Translations under genes and position numbers: made by a program
Shown: positions 50,958-64,000 of the stretch, one piece after another
Layout of the letters: each line of letters starts with the position of its first letter
How positions within the stretch are numbered: the stretch's first letter is position 1
Notes under the pieces: generated by a model
Seen by the model: the letters and a program-made list of their open reading frames with translations, nothing else
Database searches by the model: none
What the model was told of the DNA's origin: nothing
Source of the DNA: Vermamoeba vermiformis
Lineage: Eukaryota
Assembly: GCA_045837725.1 (NCBI GenBank)
Contig: JBEWZL010000306.1
Coordinates: 1-64,000 of the forward strand
Reading direction: 5' to 3'
Length of the DNA stretch: 64,000 nucleotides

Positions 50958-53037
50958 ATGAGTAATTCAACTGAATCAAAGAACCAAAATACAGGTATGT
51001 TTTGTATAATTTATATCTCTGGTTTAAACTCATTGACGTCTCCAAACTATTTTATGAAATCCGTTGCTCCTTTTCGCCGCGTTTTCCTATTTGCAAATCA
51101 TAATTATAACTTGATCGGTCGTAAATTAGCACTTATTTTGGAGACTACAAATAATTGTTTACAGCAACGTTAAACGGATTTGCCATACTCATCATTCCTA
51201 TTCTATATAAATATTATAGCCTTAGAACTAGCCCGCAAGGCTTACGGAATATCCAATAATGCGAAAGAAATAGCAAACAAAATAACAGAGACCGAAACTT
51301 TTGATGCGATCTCTGGATCTCCCAGTGAACCGCTCAAAAGTTTTATATACGAACCATTAATATCCCCATTGATTGCATTGCTAAGTACCTTTAAAGTTGT
51401 AACTTTGCGTGCCTTCGATCATATTCTCGCGTCGGCTATTGGCGGTACACTGACGGCTTTGTCTGGTAAGTCTTATTTCCATCAGATCGCTCAGAAATTT
51501 ACAAAATTAATTGTTTATCGAATTATCAGTAATAACATATTGCAAATAATGCCATTTCATAAAGGCGCCTTTCGACAATTCGAAAGTAGATCGCAAGTTA
51601 ACGGAGAAGAAACGAACCATTTTTCCGTTTCGCCGATTACTTAAATAATTATAATTGTATTAGTTTAATTACCTTTGACTATCGACATTGGACATAATCG
51701 GAGTTGACTCCGTTCATGAAACTATTATCAAATTGAACTAGCGATCCTGGTTTATTTTCATCTGCGCAACAGCAAATATTAACGAGCTAATTATTAATAT
51801 TTCCTTATTTAGTAACGCCACTCGATGTCGTTAAAGTCAGGCTACAAGCACAAGTGGATCCGCGACATGCCAAACCACTGCCTGCTCAAACAGTTCCGCT
51901 CAGCACTGCTGCACATCCAGTGCGACTTAACGGCACTATTGTAAGTCAATAATATTATATACCTAATGCTACAAATACATTTGGATCTTGGACTAACACC
52001 AGGGTTCACAGGATGCGATTTTCAAAATAGCTCGACTTGAAGGAGTGACGTCATTGTGGCGTGGATTGGTCCCAACGCTCGTCATGACAGTGCCGGGCGT
52101 GGCGCTCTATTTCACTTCGTACGAGAAATTCAAAGCTGAACTCAGCGGACTCGGTCACTTGACACCACTCGTGGCCGGAGCTGCAGCAAGAACTTTGACT
52201 GCGACCCTCACGTCACCTTTAGAGCTGTTTAGAACAAACATTCAATCACATAATAGGAATATAAGTAAGTCTTGTAATCTTGAAAAATGTCGCTGAACTC
52301 ACCCTCGAACAATTTTTTCACGGAGCTGTTTTTGAATATCAATTGAAATGAAACGTTTCGTCGTTAAAAATTCAATACTTATACACGTGCTATTTTTAGG
52401 TGCACTTACTTTGGCGAAACAGATCGTCTCACAAGGCAAATTTTCACATCTGTGGATCGGTCTCGGTCCTACATTGTTCAGAGACGTGCCATTCTCGAGC
52501 ATATATTGGGGTCTATATGAATTCACTAAGCACCAGTTAGTCACAAAAAGACACATTGAAAACCAAAATCAGATGAAGCATAGATTGAACGACGGATCTG
52601 AACCAAAAGTCATTCGAACATTTTACGACACATTTTTGATTCCATTTATCTCTGGTGCCACTGCAGGCGCCATTGCGGCGACAGTCACAGTACCATTTGA
52701 TGTTATTAAAACACGCATGCAAATGGATGTTGATTTGCACGGTCGAGTAAGTCACGACCTTTGTCTGACCCATACTTTTGATACTAATTTTCTGCCTTAG
52801 AAAACACAATCGGCTTTGCAATTGTTCCGCCAAGTAGCGAAGAACGAGGGTATGCGTGGCCTAATGAAGGGCGCTGTGCCTCGTGCAACACGTGTCGCTC
52901 CAGCGTGTGCGATTATGATCAGCTCGTACGAACTGTTTTCAAGATTTTTGTTGAAGAGGAAAAAAGCAGAAGAAGAAAAGAAGAGAAATATGAATAGTAG
53001 TGATAGTATCTCTAGTGTTAATAATACTCGGGCTTGA
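50958..53037 (+). CDS. Mitochondrial carrier, SLC25A39/40 (Mtm1)-like
   Basis: Three PX[DE]XX[KR] signatures (TPLDVVKVR, SPLELFRT, VPFDVIKTR), plus LWRGLVPTLVMTVP..ALYF, RDVPFSSIYW and RVAPACAIMISSYE. Confidence 0.88.
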
Positions 53038-53193
53038 AACATTGTTTGATACAAAAATAAAACTTGTAAATATTTACTGCGAAAACTAGTAATTTTAACA
53101 ACTAAAGCTCTTCTAAGATCTTCTTACGCAATTGAAGATCGGATTCAGCACGGGTTATGATACGAATTATTGGCCCTGTTAGGCCATTGCATA

Positions 53194-54765
53194 TCACTCG
53201 TAGTCCATTCGCAGATCTGTCTCAAGGTGCTCCGTAATAGGCTGAATAACTTCCATCAAATCTCCGAACAGGTTGGCTGGTAAATTTTGCTTGAATCTAA
53301 GGCCGTTGATTTCAATCTGAACTGTTCTTCGTCCTTGAAATTCTTCGTCTGAATCATTTTCTTCATCATCGTCATCTTCACTGCCACTTCTTTCTTCATT
53401 TTCAAGATCGGACCCCAAGTTATCAGCGCTAGTCTCGTCTTCCATTTCCGACGATTTCTTTTGCATGAACTTAATCATTTCTTTTGATTTGAGGAATTTT
53501 TCAACCTCAACGAAGGTTTTATCGACAAATGAAGGAGTGAGTTGGAGCGACCGAATTTGTTGGTTCTTGCCAGACTTCAACGAATCTATCTCGAAAGAAT
53601 ATCCAATGAGGTGCCCTGTGCATTTTGCAATTAGTTTGTATTGCTATTGCGGTGGCCGCAAAGGTGCATTGAACAGTTACCTGAATCGTTGAAGGATAGA
53701 TCAAAGCCGTCGCCATCTCTTGCGTCTAGACGACGCTATGTAATAAATCTATCGTAAGTCCAAACCCTAACCCTCGGAACTTCAAAAAACTACTTTACAT
53801 TAAAAAGACTTACGTATTCAATTAATAACGATTTTTGTTGTTTGCTTCCATAAATGGTATTTCTTTGAAATAAGCGCGGATTTTCATTGCACATAAGGCA
53901 TATTTAAGCCGTGTCACCTGTCATTAATAAAACGTTAATTTTCGAAAAGCTCTCAAAGCTACCAGTAAAATGAAATAAATCACGGTGCATAGCTTACCAT
54001 TTCTTCCTCGAAAAATTTCCAGCTATTTTGGGGATCTGGATTCGTTGAGAGAAAGTTGCCGATCTGAGTGCTGTCTATTGGGCCCTTTGTTGCGTGGTAT
54101 TTATCTTGATGATCAATTTCAATATAAAAGGAGGCGTTACTGTGTTGTAAGTCTAAGAACGGATCGTCTTTGTTTTGTTCAATTAACTCCGCAAACTTCG
54201 ATGTTTCCTTCATGTTCATTATTCCTAACACTTCATTATAAACGTTGATAAATTTAAAGCGATCTTCGAACATTTTTTGAGCAGTTTCAGATTTTTCGTC
54301 GCTCGATCCCTTTGTCCTGCAACATTAATGTCAGAAATTCAAGCTCAAATTAATATTTGAAGAACGAAGTACCGAATAGCAAGTTCAGATGATTTGACAG
54401 CAGTACCATCGCCTCTGATCGTGTAAGTAACATGTCTCTCTCTGCCTTTTTCTTCCCCATGACCGTAGATAGCATAAGAAAGTTCTATTGCCTTATTAAC
54501 TGCTTTAACCACCTAAAATTTAGGGCTCGTAAATAATTTAATGGTTAGGAATTTTTTTCCGCTTACCAGCGCCTTGATCTGCTTACAAGTGCATGCAAGA
54601 GCTTGCATTACAATAGTATTGGGGCACACTAATACGATATTTTCTATAATTTCTGGAGGGAGAACTTCCTAAGTAAAAATAACATTATAAATATCGCGAA
54701 GTACGTTATTAGGACGTCGTGATTACCCCAAAAATTTTCCTCTTCTTTGTCGCTCGTTCTTCCAT
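53194..54765 (-). CDS. NLS + F-box family protein, tandem copy 1
   Basis: MEERATKKRKIFG, then VLPPEIIENIVLVC...LACTCKQIKAL; exon structure shared with the neighbours. Confidence 0.7.
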
Positions 54766-55000
54766 GGCATAAATACTGGCTGCCAATAAAAATACAACAA
54801 TGAACTGCCGACAGCTTGTGCACCCAATCACAAAATCAAGCAATTTAGTATGGTAAATTTCTAGTTGGACAGTACGCGTGGACCATATACGGAACCGTCA
54901 TATCATTATACGTCAAAAATGAATGACTTGACCGTGGAAGTTCACTCTTTATTTTAAAGATTTTCGTTGGCGCGAAAAATCCAAGACGCGCGACACGTTG

Positions 55001-56859
55001 TCAGTACTCGAAATTAAGGCTGAGGGGCAGTGTCACGAGTGCCAAAGTGTCCATCAGTCCCGCGAGGTCTTTATTGGACATTTCTCTGTAGCTGTATTGC
55101 GTGCCATTCAACTCAATCTCCACTACTCGGCAACGCTTTTTTTTGTCGCGTTGTTCGTCTTTTTCATTACTCTTATCCTTGTCACACTCCTCTCTAGTAC
55201 TTTTATCATTCTGTTCTTCATCTTGCTCGGTATTATTGTCTTTATTTTTGCGTTCAGGATCATTCTCGTCCTCGCCACTGCTACTGCACTTGTTGTAGTT
55301 GTTCTCTTCTTCATCCTCAATTTCACTCCTTGACGAGCTGCTGCGACCTGATTGGTCGACCGATAATTTCTTGACGATACATGTTGATTTTACTTTCGAG
55401 CGGATGTAGGCTCCAACCTTTTTCAACACGTGTTTCAATAACGAAGGTCTATACTGAATCGCTGCATATTCTGTGTCGTATCTAGCGTCCCAGTGACGAT
55501 CGGTCCAATCGATTTTTCGGCCATTTACGTAGCCTTGGAAAGTTTTAGTAAGGGAGACAGATCCACATCCGCACCAGTCAGAATTTCGTACCTGTATCAA
55601 AGCAATATAATTCCCAACTATCATGGCTGATCTCGTCGTTACCCTATAATACTGTTATTTCTTCTGTTGGCCGAGGATTATAGAATTTCTCGATCGTGTT
55701 GAACTTACGCAACGAACAATGACTTTATCACCAAATTCTCGCTTTGTTCGAATTTTCTTGTAAAATTTCTTGACTTTAAGGGCACATAACGAACACTTAA
55801 GCCGCTTTGTCTGAAGATCCGACAAAAAAAGTTGATTAGATTTTATCGTTAGGTCTACGAACTATCGTGTATGATGTATTTACCATCAATTCATCTAGAT
55901 TCCACCAATTTTCTCGTCTTTTAGTATCAAGATCCGGATCTTCGTCTTCAGATTCGTCTTCCTCAGATGTGATAGTCTTTCCATTGCTTATATCTTCATT
56001 CTTATAAGTGTATCTTATTCGTTTAGTATCAACTTGAACGTCAAATAAGACTTTATCGAGCGTCACCGAGAATAGCAGATGCCATTTGAGTTTGTATTTC
56101 CCTTTCCGCGCAATAATAGTTTCTAAGAAAAGTTCCTTTAATTTGGCTTTATCTGTCATATTCATAATATTCAATAGCTTAGAAATGAGTTTATCGACCT
56201 TGGCGCGATCCTCGAGCTTTTGTTGAATTGTTTGAATTTCTCGTAGTCGTCGTCTCGACATCCCCTCTCGCGAACTGCGTTTTTAAAAATTAGTAACATT
56301 TTACGTAACAACGCGCTTGTTATAACATACTTTCGACTAAATTTTGTCTTTTTAATGGCGCATCCGTTCCCCTTAATGACGTACTCCGCGGTAGTTTTTT
56401 CTTTTGAATTTCCGCTTACTTTAAACAACTGAAAACGAACGATTATGCTTTTCTTGAGTATATTGGATACCTAAATAATTCAGATCAATATCAAAAACAC
56501 TAAGGCATTAAGTTTTAATTACCAGCGCATTGATCTGCTTGCAAGTGCACGCTAAAGACTCCAACGTGATCGTGTTCGTGCAATAAAGCAGAATATTTTC
56601 GATCATTTCCGCTGGAAGGAGCTCCTAGCATTAATAATAGTAATTAATACTAATAATTAAAATTTATTCCAACTTATTTTTTATTTTACGCAACAGTAAT
56701 TATCCTTCGTATCACAATCCTCGCCAATATTAATATTGATTTATTTTGGGTATTTAGGATTAATATCGTTTGTTCAAGCCACGCGGCTTAGTTCAGATGT
56801 GCAACTCAGTTTACCTGGAACAGCTTCCGTTTCTTCGTGGGTCTAGTATCATCTTCCAT
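55001..56859 (-). CDS. NLS + F-box family protein, tandem copy 2
   Basis: MEDDTRPTKKRKLFQ, then LLPAEMIENILLLC...LACTCKQINAL; acidic low-complexity insert near the C-terminus. Confidence 0.7.
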
Positions 56860-57224
56860 TTTCGAAACTAAAGGTTCACATATTAAAATAAATTGTGGCT
56901 GTCACCTTTATGACTATAATAAAGTTCGATCGTGCTGAAAAATCAAATTTATTGACAGAAGTGTGGTCAATCAGGAGTTAATTATTATTGACAACTATTA
57001 TATCCTCTTCAGGTTTGGTGATAGGCTCAAGAATCACCAAAAAAAGACTTTTCTGAACAAATTCTTTCAGATGCAATCGAATTCAGTCGCGCTTGCCTGC
57101 AATGTCATACACTGCTCTTCATGCACTTGTACTTCCATTTACCTTAGTAGGCATATTATGAATAAGTTGTGGTTGTTTTTGCGCGGCAAACGATAATTGG
57201 CGGAGAGCGATGTTTTTTCCTTTA

Positions 57225-59064
57225 TTAGTAAGTGAAGTCAAGGCCGAGCGACTGTGTAACAGGTACTAGAATGTCCATCAGTCCCGCGAACTCATGTTCG
57301 GACAATTGTTTGCACGTGCACTTCGTGCCGTTCAACACAACCTCCAAGGATCTGCGACGCTCATTTTCATCTTGTTTGCTGCCAGAGCTACTGTTATCTT
57401 CATTATTACTATTGTCTTCGTTATTGCTATCTTCTCTATCATTTTCATCTTCGTCTTCGTTACTATTATTAGAACTGGCATCCGCACCATTTTTATTTCT
57501 TTTTTCGGCCAGATCCGGGTTTGTCTTTTTCTTAGTTTTGAGAGATTTCAAGGTACTGATATACTCCTTAATCTCATCGAATATAGGTTTCATTATGGAC
57601 GGTCGATATTGAATCGTTTCAATGTGTCGATCATCTACGAAATTCCATTGCCGATCGCTCCAATCAACGTGCATACCAGTTACATAGCCTTAAATGGACA
57701 TTAGCTTATTTGCTATGCGTAATAATAGCGTCATATAATTAAATTGTCGGATGCGATCCACATCATCTTTTTTTGGCTCGTACCTGTATCGCTGCAATGG
57801 AGTTCCCAACCTTCGTTATCAACATTGTCGTTACCCTATAATATATTTAAGCGTTATTGTTTGCGCAAAATGAACTTGAAGAGGCCTAGCATTGGCTTAA
57901 GAAATCGGATGGGGTTTTGAAAGGCTGATCTGTCGCACTTACGTATCGAATACTAATAGAATTATTTCCTTCGAGTCCAAACCCTATTTTCTTGAAAAAT
58001 TTCTTCACTTTAAGCGCACACAACGCACATTTTAGTCGCTTGATCTGCGATCGGCAAAAGTCGATTAGAAAGTTATATTCGTCCTATTTAATATCAAATA
58101 GATCTTTCATACCAATATATCATCTAGATGGTCCCAATCTTCGCGGGTTTCAGTGTCAAGATCTCGATCTTCATCGATTATGTCCTCCGCATCCTTCTTT
58201 TTGTGTTTTTTTTTGTTCGAATCGCTGTCCGTATCTTCATTCTTATATAAGTATCCTAATTGGTGGTTATTGACTTTAATTTCGAATAAGGCTTTGTCCA
58301 ACGCAAACCCGAATAGCTTATCATTTTCATATTTCTTTATAATTTCTTCGAATTTGGCTTTATCTGTCATATTCATTATATTTAATAGCTTAGCAACGAG
58401 TTTGTCGAACTTTGCGCGGTCATTGAGCTTTTTTTGAATTGTTTGAATTTTTTCTTTCGAGCTGCCTGGTGAACTGCTGAAAAATTAGTAACTGTTATGA
58501 TTAGTATATATATTTTAACGTACCTCCACGTATATTTGGATTTTTTGATGGCATCGCCGAAGCCGTTAATTGTATATTTTACTGAGGTTTTTTCTTTTAC
58601 GTGATTCAGATCAAACAATTGAAAACGAACGCTTATGCTATTCTCGAGCATATTCGATACCTAAATGATAAAAATAAATAGTTATAAGCGATAAATCATT
58701 TGTTATTGATTACCAGCGCATTGATCTGCTTGCACGTGCACGCCAAGGAGTCGAGCGTCGTGTTAGGGCACTGCAATATTATATTTTCAATAATTTCAGC
58801 CGGGAGGACGTCCTTTTAGTAAATACAAATTAATTGAATTAGTACAGCCAGAGAAAGTTATTAAAAATTCCAAATAAATTTGTGGTTGATTTTTACAGGC
58901 ACAATGATTATGCATTCGTTTATAAATGCACGATTTAATTAATTCCGCGCAAAAAGGAAAATTTTCTGGGTGCATCCAGTGCATTACGGATGTGACAGGT
59001 CGAAAGTCCCTTCAATTACCTGAAACAACTTTCGCTTTTTCGCAGATCTAGTATCTTCTTCCAT
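57225..59064 (-). CDS. NLS + F-box family protein, tandem copy 3
   Basis: MEEDTRSAKKRKLFQ, then PAEIIENI.LQC...LACTCKQINAL; the W.DR.W...IQYRPS block is shared with copy 2. Confidence 0.7.
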
Positions 59065-59180
59065 AAAGTAATGGTTAACAAAAATGTCAGCACTTGTGCT
59101 GTGGTAGTGCGTTTTAAACGAAAAATCAACTTTTGTGCTAGTAAGTTCCTTTATCATCGATGTTTTTGACGGTCACTAGT

Positions 59181-59192
59181 TGACACGTGTCA
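59181..59192. promoter_or_regulatory. TGACACGTGTCA palindrome, copy 4, upstream of F-box copy 3
   Basis: Exact match, extends to 16-bp GTTGACACGTGTCAAC. Confidence 0.5.
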
Positions 59193-59348
59193 ACAAGGTG
59201 AACACTTGACACTTCCAACGATCACTCCGTTCAGTCCTCGGTTCCAGCTCCGCGTAAATTCCTGAAGTCAGTGCGTGTCAACGCCATAATAGAGTAGCAA
59301 ATATGGCTATATTGGTCATCTTCTTGTCCAGTAATACGTCAAATTTAA

Positions 59349-61183
59349 TTAACTATACGACAAATCAATCTTATCGCTGAGCGGTGTCATTACAGGCGCA
59401 AGAATTTTCATCAATTTTGCGAATTGTTTTTTGGACAGCTGGCCGTACTTCTGTTTACGGCCTTTCAATACTATCGTCATATTCCGGACCTGTTCGTCCT
59501 TGTCTTCATGCTCGCTATTATTATCATCATTATCATTACTACTCTCAGCGTTTTCTTCGTCTTCGATCCGTTCGTTGGTGCCAATTGTTTTTGGATCCAG
59601 TTTTTTCGTTTTGTTGTTAGCCTTAGTGGCCACAAGCGTACTAAAATAGTGTTCTAGGGCTATAAATATTTCTTTCACTTGCGAAGGTTTAAATTGACGC
59701 GCGGTCTTGTACTTATTATCTTGGGAGCCCCAATGTTTGTCGATAATTTCAATTTGTGTAGCTTTTACATAGCCTTAAATAGTATAATAGTATAGTTAGT
59801 GTTCAGTATTGATTTATAGGTCTAGTATAGTGCTTTATATGCGTACCTGATTCATCGCATTCGAGATCCCACCCTGCATGTTCGTATTCATCCTCGCGCT
59901 GATGAAATAATCATTAATAAATTAAAAATATAATATAATGCAGTGGCGTATATAATAAACGTAAAGTTTTGGTTTGCGATCAACGAGGTTTAGCATTTCA
60001 GTCTTAAACAAATCTGATCTGATCTGGTTCGATCATTGAAAATGCTTCTCGATAACGTACGTATTTAATACTAATGCTATTGGATACTTCATTGTAGTAA
60101 TTGATGTTAAAGAAGAAACCCTTGATTTGAAAGGCACATAAAGCGCACTTCAATCGCTGGATCTGAGGAAAAAAGGTCAGTCTAATTGCTTAATTTTGAA
60201 CTCGCTCCAGTACTATTAACTATCGTATCTAATAAAATACCATTTTTTCATCGAGACGGTCCCAATCGAGCTCTTCATCTGGTTTTTCAGTGTGCAGATC
60301 TTCTTGATCACATCCTTTTGTTGATACTTCATCGTTATTATCTTCACTATTATATCTTCTATATTTATAACTGATTTTTAGCTCATTTACTATAATATCA
60401 ATTGAAAGTTCGTCCATAGCCAAGCTGAAAATTGGTTCGCCTCGGCAGATGCAAAGAATTTCTGGAATCTTTTTGGCTTCGTCATATTCATATAATTTAT
60501 AAGTGATTGACACATTCTATCAAATCGATCGCGATCGCTAAGCTTTGTTTTGCTGGATTCAGTTTTTTCTCGCGAATAAGCTGGCGAACTAAATTAAAAA
60601 ATTCTGGTTAGCAATTTCAATAGGTCCTATATACATAATAATATTGACAACGTACTATTTTGACTTCTTATACTGTTTAGTGGCGTCACCATTGCCTTTG
60701 ATGGTGTATTCAGCCTCGCAGGTGGTTTTATCTTCTCGCCAATTAAATTTAACGCTAATTTTCTTTTCAAATATTCTAGATACCTAATTACATATTAACA
60801 TTAATACAAAAATATTGTTATTAAGGGCAGGCAATTTAAAATCGAGTTCGGGTATGGTTACCAAAGCATTGATCTGTTTACACGTGCACGCTAATGATTC
60901 GAGTGTTGTCGTATTAGTGCAATAACACAGAATATTCTCAATCATTTCTGCGGGAAGTGATTCCTAGTATCAAAAATAATCTTAAGATAAATATTTAATT
61001 CATTATTTTATAATAAATATCACATCGTTCTGTAAATATTAATTAGATTTATGTCGCTATTAAATTAATTAGTGACGTTTATTTTTAAGAATTTGTTGGT
61101 GCAGATTTGGATGCGGACAAAATGAGGCCAGTTACCTGAAATAGCTTTCGCTTTTTCGTAGCTCGGACATCATTTTCTTCCAT
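59349..61183 (-). CDS. NLS + F-box family protein, tandem copy 4
   Basis: MEENDVRATKKRKLFQ, then SLPAEMIENILCYC...LACTCKQINAL. Confidence 0.7.
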
Positions 61184-61346
61184 CGTATAAAATACAAACG
61201 TGTTGGTACAGTTGGTGCGGTCAGAGAATAGCACCACCAATTTTGTCACACGTGTTTTTGTTGCTATTTTTGGTTTCCGACGTCGAAATGAGAATATTCA
61301 ATTGATTTATCAACCGGCTAAGAGGTCTAGCATTAATATTGAACCA

Positions 61347-61850
61347 ATGGAACCGATAACCTTGGATGGTTCTTTTACCGAACAAATCAGAACTGTATTA
61401 AAGGAAGAATTGCAGCCCATTAAAATTCAGCTCTCTACTCTCACCGAAAAGGTCGATAAAATCGAACTCCAGCAAAAAATAATGTAGGATTCGGATTTAT
61501 TAATTATTCTTTATTAATTTTGCCAAACTGAGTAATAGTTTGAAGGGTAAAAATGATCCGCTTGAAAAAGTCCCCATCGTTGATGCAAATGGCAAAGAAC
61601 GGACCTTTGATATGGAGTATCCGACAATTGCGATGCTGATCGTCGCCGAGAACGAGCAAATACCAGGCACGGAAATGACTAATAACTGGAATGCATCAAA
61701 AAGCTTGAACTTGATCAGAGAGTATGACCCTGGCTATGCTACGGATGACGAATCTAAAGTAATATCCACAAAACGTAGGCTTAAGCTAGCTCAATGCTTG
61801 GGGTATCTCCTTCTCAAATTAATTTAGCAGCAACTACCTATTATAACTGA
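61347..61850 (+). CDS. Small coiled-coil protein with a Mug135-like C-terminal region, 2 exons; possible terminal frameshift
   Basis: Coiled coil LKEELQPIKIQLSTLTEKVDKIELQ spliced to LEKVP..NG....YPT...L...LIREY....RRLKLAQCLG. The family call is by eye only. Stop at 61827 as written, or 61850 if a G is missing from the GGGG run near 61800. Confidence 0.5.
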
Positions 61851-61937
61851 GGTAGCCGCCATTTTACTGCAATTTGTTTAAAGCATAATAAATTCGAATA
61901 GATCGACAACGAGCAATACAACCAATATTCGATCAGG

Positions 61938-62180
61938 TCATGGAACAGCGCATGCTAGATTAGAACAATATACCGAACGGATACAACACAACGTATTGCC
62001 AAACAACCTGATATGGGCAACGGACGGATCCAAACGAGGTGAAGTTGCATGCAACTTAACGTCCATATTCAACTCGACACAATACAAATATTTCAATATG
62101 AGCGTTAAAATCTCTGAGCTAATGTTATCAAAAGTGACGCATTGTTTTGCAGCTTCACTTCCCGACATATCAAACAGCTA
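61938..62180 (-). pseudogene. BTB/POZ domain fragment
   Basis: LFDMSGSEAAKQCVTFDNISSEILTLILKYLYC resembles the BTB core (LF....E.....I.L.DI....F..LL.YLY). No convincing upstream exon found. Confidence 0.4.
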
Positions 62181-62362
62181 AAAAGGAATAAAATTATTAT
62201 TTTAATTACGTGTCAGATAAAGCCACGTACAAACACTGAATACCCGAACAACAGTCAATTGCAAGAGCAGAGGCATACGGAATACAAATATGCCTAGAAA
62301 AGAACTTAGTCAACAATAGGAACATCAATTATAATATCAGACTCTACAAATTAAACATGTGC

Positions 62363-62374
62363 TGACACGTGTCA
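62363..62374. promoter_or_regulatory. TGACACGTGTCA palindrome, copy 5, intergenic
   Basis: Exact match to the recurrent 12-mer. Confidence 0.5.
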
Positions 62375-62591
62375 AGGTGACATTCGACGAGTGCTCGCTC
62401 GGATTGTGTGTGCATTGGACTGCTTCCCGAACTTTCGAATTGAGGGTTGACTAAGGGGTGGCAACGAGTCCTAGAAGTACCGTGCAATTAGTAACCGTAT
62501 GTAGCTTTGTAACAATTGGTAATGCATAAAATATACTAAATACGGTGCACGTGTAAACTTATTAAATTTCAGGTTTAAACGTACGTTACCG

Positions 62592-64000
62592 CTAGTCGTG
62601 AGCAAAGCTTAATCCATGAATCTGGCTCGTTAAAGGCTTCAGAATGGTCATCAATCCTTTGAGATTTTTCTTCGAAAAAGTGTACGTAGGTTTGCTCTCG
62701 AGAGCGAATCTGAGCTGGATCTCGCTCTGAGCATCGCATCCAGCGGTTATTGTAACTTTCCTAGTCGCCGAGCTATGCGGGGTAGATGTGTTCTGCTTAA
62801 TAGGCGCGATATATTTTTCAATATCGGCGAATAAGGCTTGTACAAGTGATGGTCGAAGTTGAACTGAAGCGGATCTACGAATACTTTTTGGGTTGTACAA
62901 GTTTTCATTGATATCGTACCAAAGAGCTTTAACAATACCTATTGATACTATATTAGCATTATAATGAAATATAAATTAATTTTTGTACCAGATGTACTGC
63001 ACTGAAAATCCCATCCGCGATCTCGAAACAGTTCTCGGCCTCGTGGACAAACAGTCGACTATACATATGATTAAACAATTATTATTTACCAATAATTAAC
63101 TTACGTATTCGATTGAGAGCTCTTTATCAGCTTGTTTTTTATATTCTGCCGCAGTCCTATAAAAATTTGTAACTTCCGCAACTATGACAGTACATTTTAA
63201 TCGTCGAATCTGCTAATATTAACACCATCATTAATATATATTCATACATATAGTGTTATATTTAACGTACTGAGTCATCGAGATTACTGCTCAAGTCTTG
63301 GACTGCAACAGTATTATGCAGATCTGCTTCATTGGTTACTTTTTTCACTTTTTTCTCCTCGTTCTTATCTTTGCAGTAATTATATTCTATTTTTAGGTCA
63401 TCAATTTGGACGTCAAAGCGTGTAACATCGGCATCCGCAGTAAACTCGGACAAATGTTCGCTATCATACTCGTTGAGTAATTCTTCTAATTGAGCCTTGT
63501 TGGTCATATTAAACACTTGTAGTATTCTTTTGTGCAGCTTAATAAAATCTTTGTTATTTTCAAACTTTTTTTGCTCATTTTTTAAATTTTCTTCTCGCAG
63601 TTCTCTGTCATTCCTACACCATACAAAATATTTTAAATACTATAATCATATATAATATATTATTATATTGCGTACTTGCGAAGATATAGTTTGTGTTTTG
63701 TAGCGCTGCCATTGCCTGTTATCGTGCAACGGAATGAAGTTTCGGTTTCGTTATCGAATTCGCTTTCATACATAACCGACGAGGCATATTGAACGCTTAT
63801 TCTTTTGTTAAATACACTACTAACCTTTGCAATACGATGTGTGAGTTTAACGAGTTATAATTTCAAGTTGATCCTTCGTACCAAAGATCGGATCTGTTTG
63901 CACGTGCACGCGAGAGATTCTAGCGTCGTATTCGAGCACATAAAAATTACATTTTCGATCATTTCTATCGGAAGTGTTTCCTAGAATTAAGCTAATGAGC
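62592..64000 (-). CDS. F-box family protein, tandem copy 5 (5' end outside window)
   Basis: TLPIEMIENVILCA...LACTCKQIRSL at about 63880-63980; MTNKA, KIRRLKCT and GWDF...HL blocks shared with the paralogs. Confidence 0.7.

Noticed and set aside
1-64000. Prokaryotic systems or transposable elements
   Set aside because: The window is intron-rich eukaryotic DNA; no transposase, reverse transcriptase, integrase or viral hallmark gene was recognised.

Overview
Gene-dense eukaryotic DNA with many short GT-AG introns, most consistent with a free-living amoeboid protist (inference). The ORF track is fragmented by introns, so gene models were rebuilt by eye and exon boundaries are approximate. Housekeeping genes: clathrin heavy chain, INO1, a PDI-family protein, an SLC25A39/40-type carrier, a Makorin-type E3 ligase and two phospholipase B-like copies. 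Unusual content: (1) a single-pass receptor joining a plant-type LRR ectodomain to a cytoplasmic RasGAP domain; (2) four paralogous PA-domain + 7TM receptor-like genes; (3) a ~6.4 kb inverted duplication (9818-16181 / 33838-40239) with mosaic identity around a ~17.7 kb spacer; (4) three intron-nested RNA genes (tRNA-Leu(AAG), a solitary 5S rRNA, a box C/D snoRNA); (5) a bacterial-like putative glycan-active enzyme with a signal peptide and GPI-like tail, interrupted by a frameshift; (6) a tandem array of at least five NLS + F-box genes; (7) a 12-bp palindrome TGACACGTGTCA seen five times in non-coding DNA.
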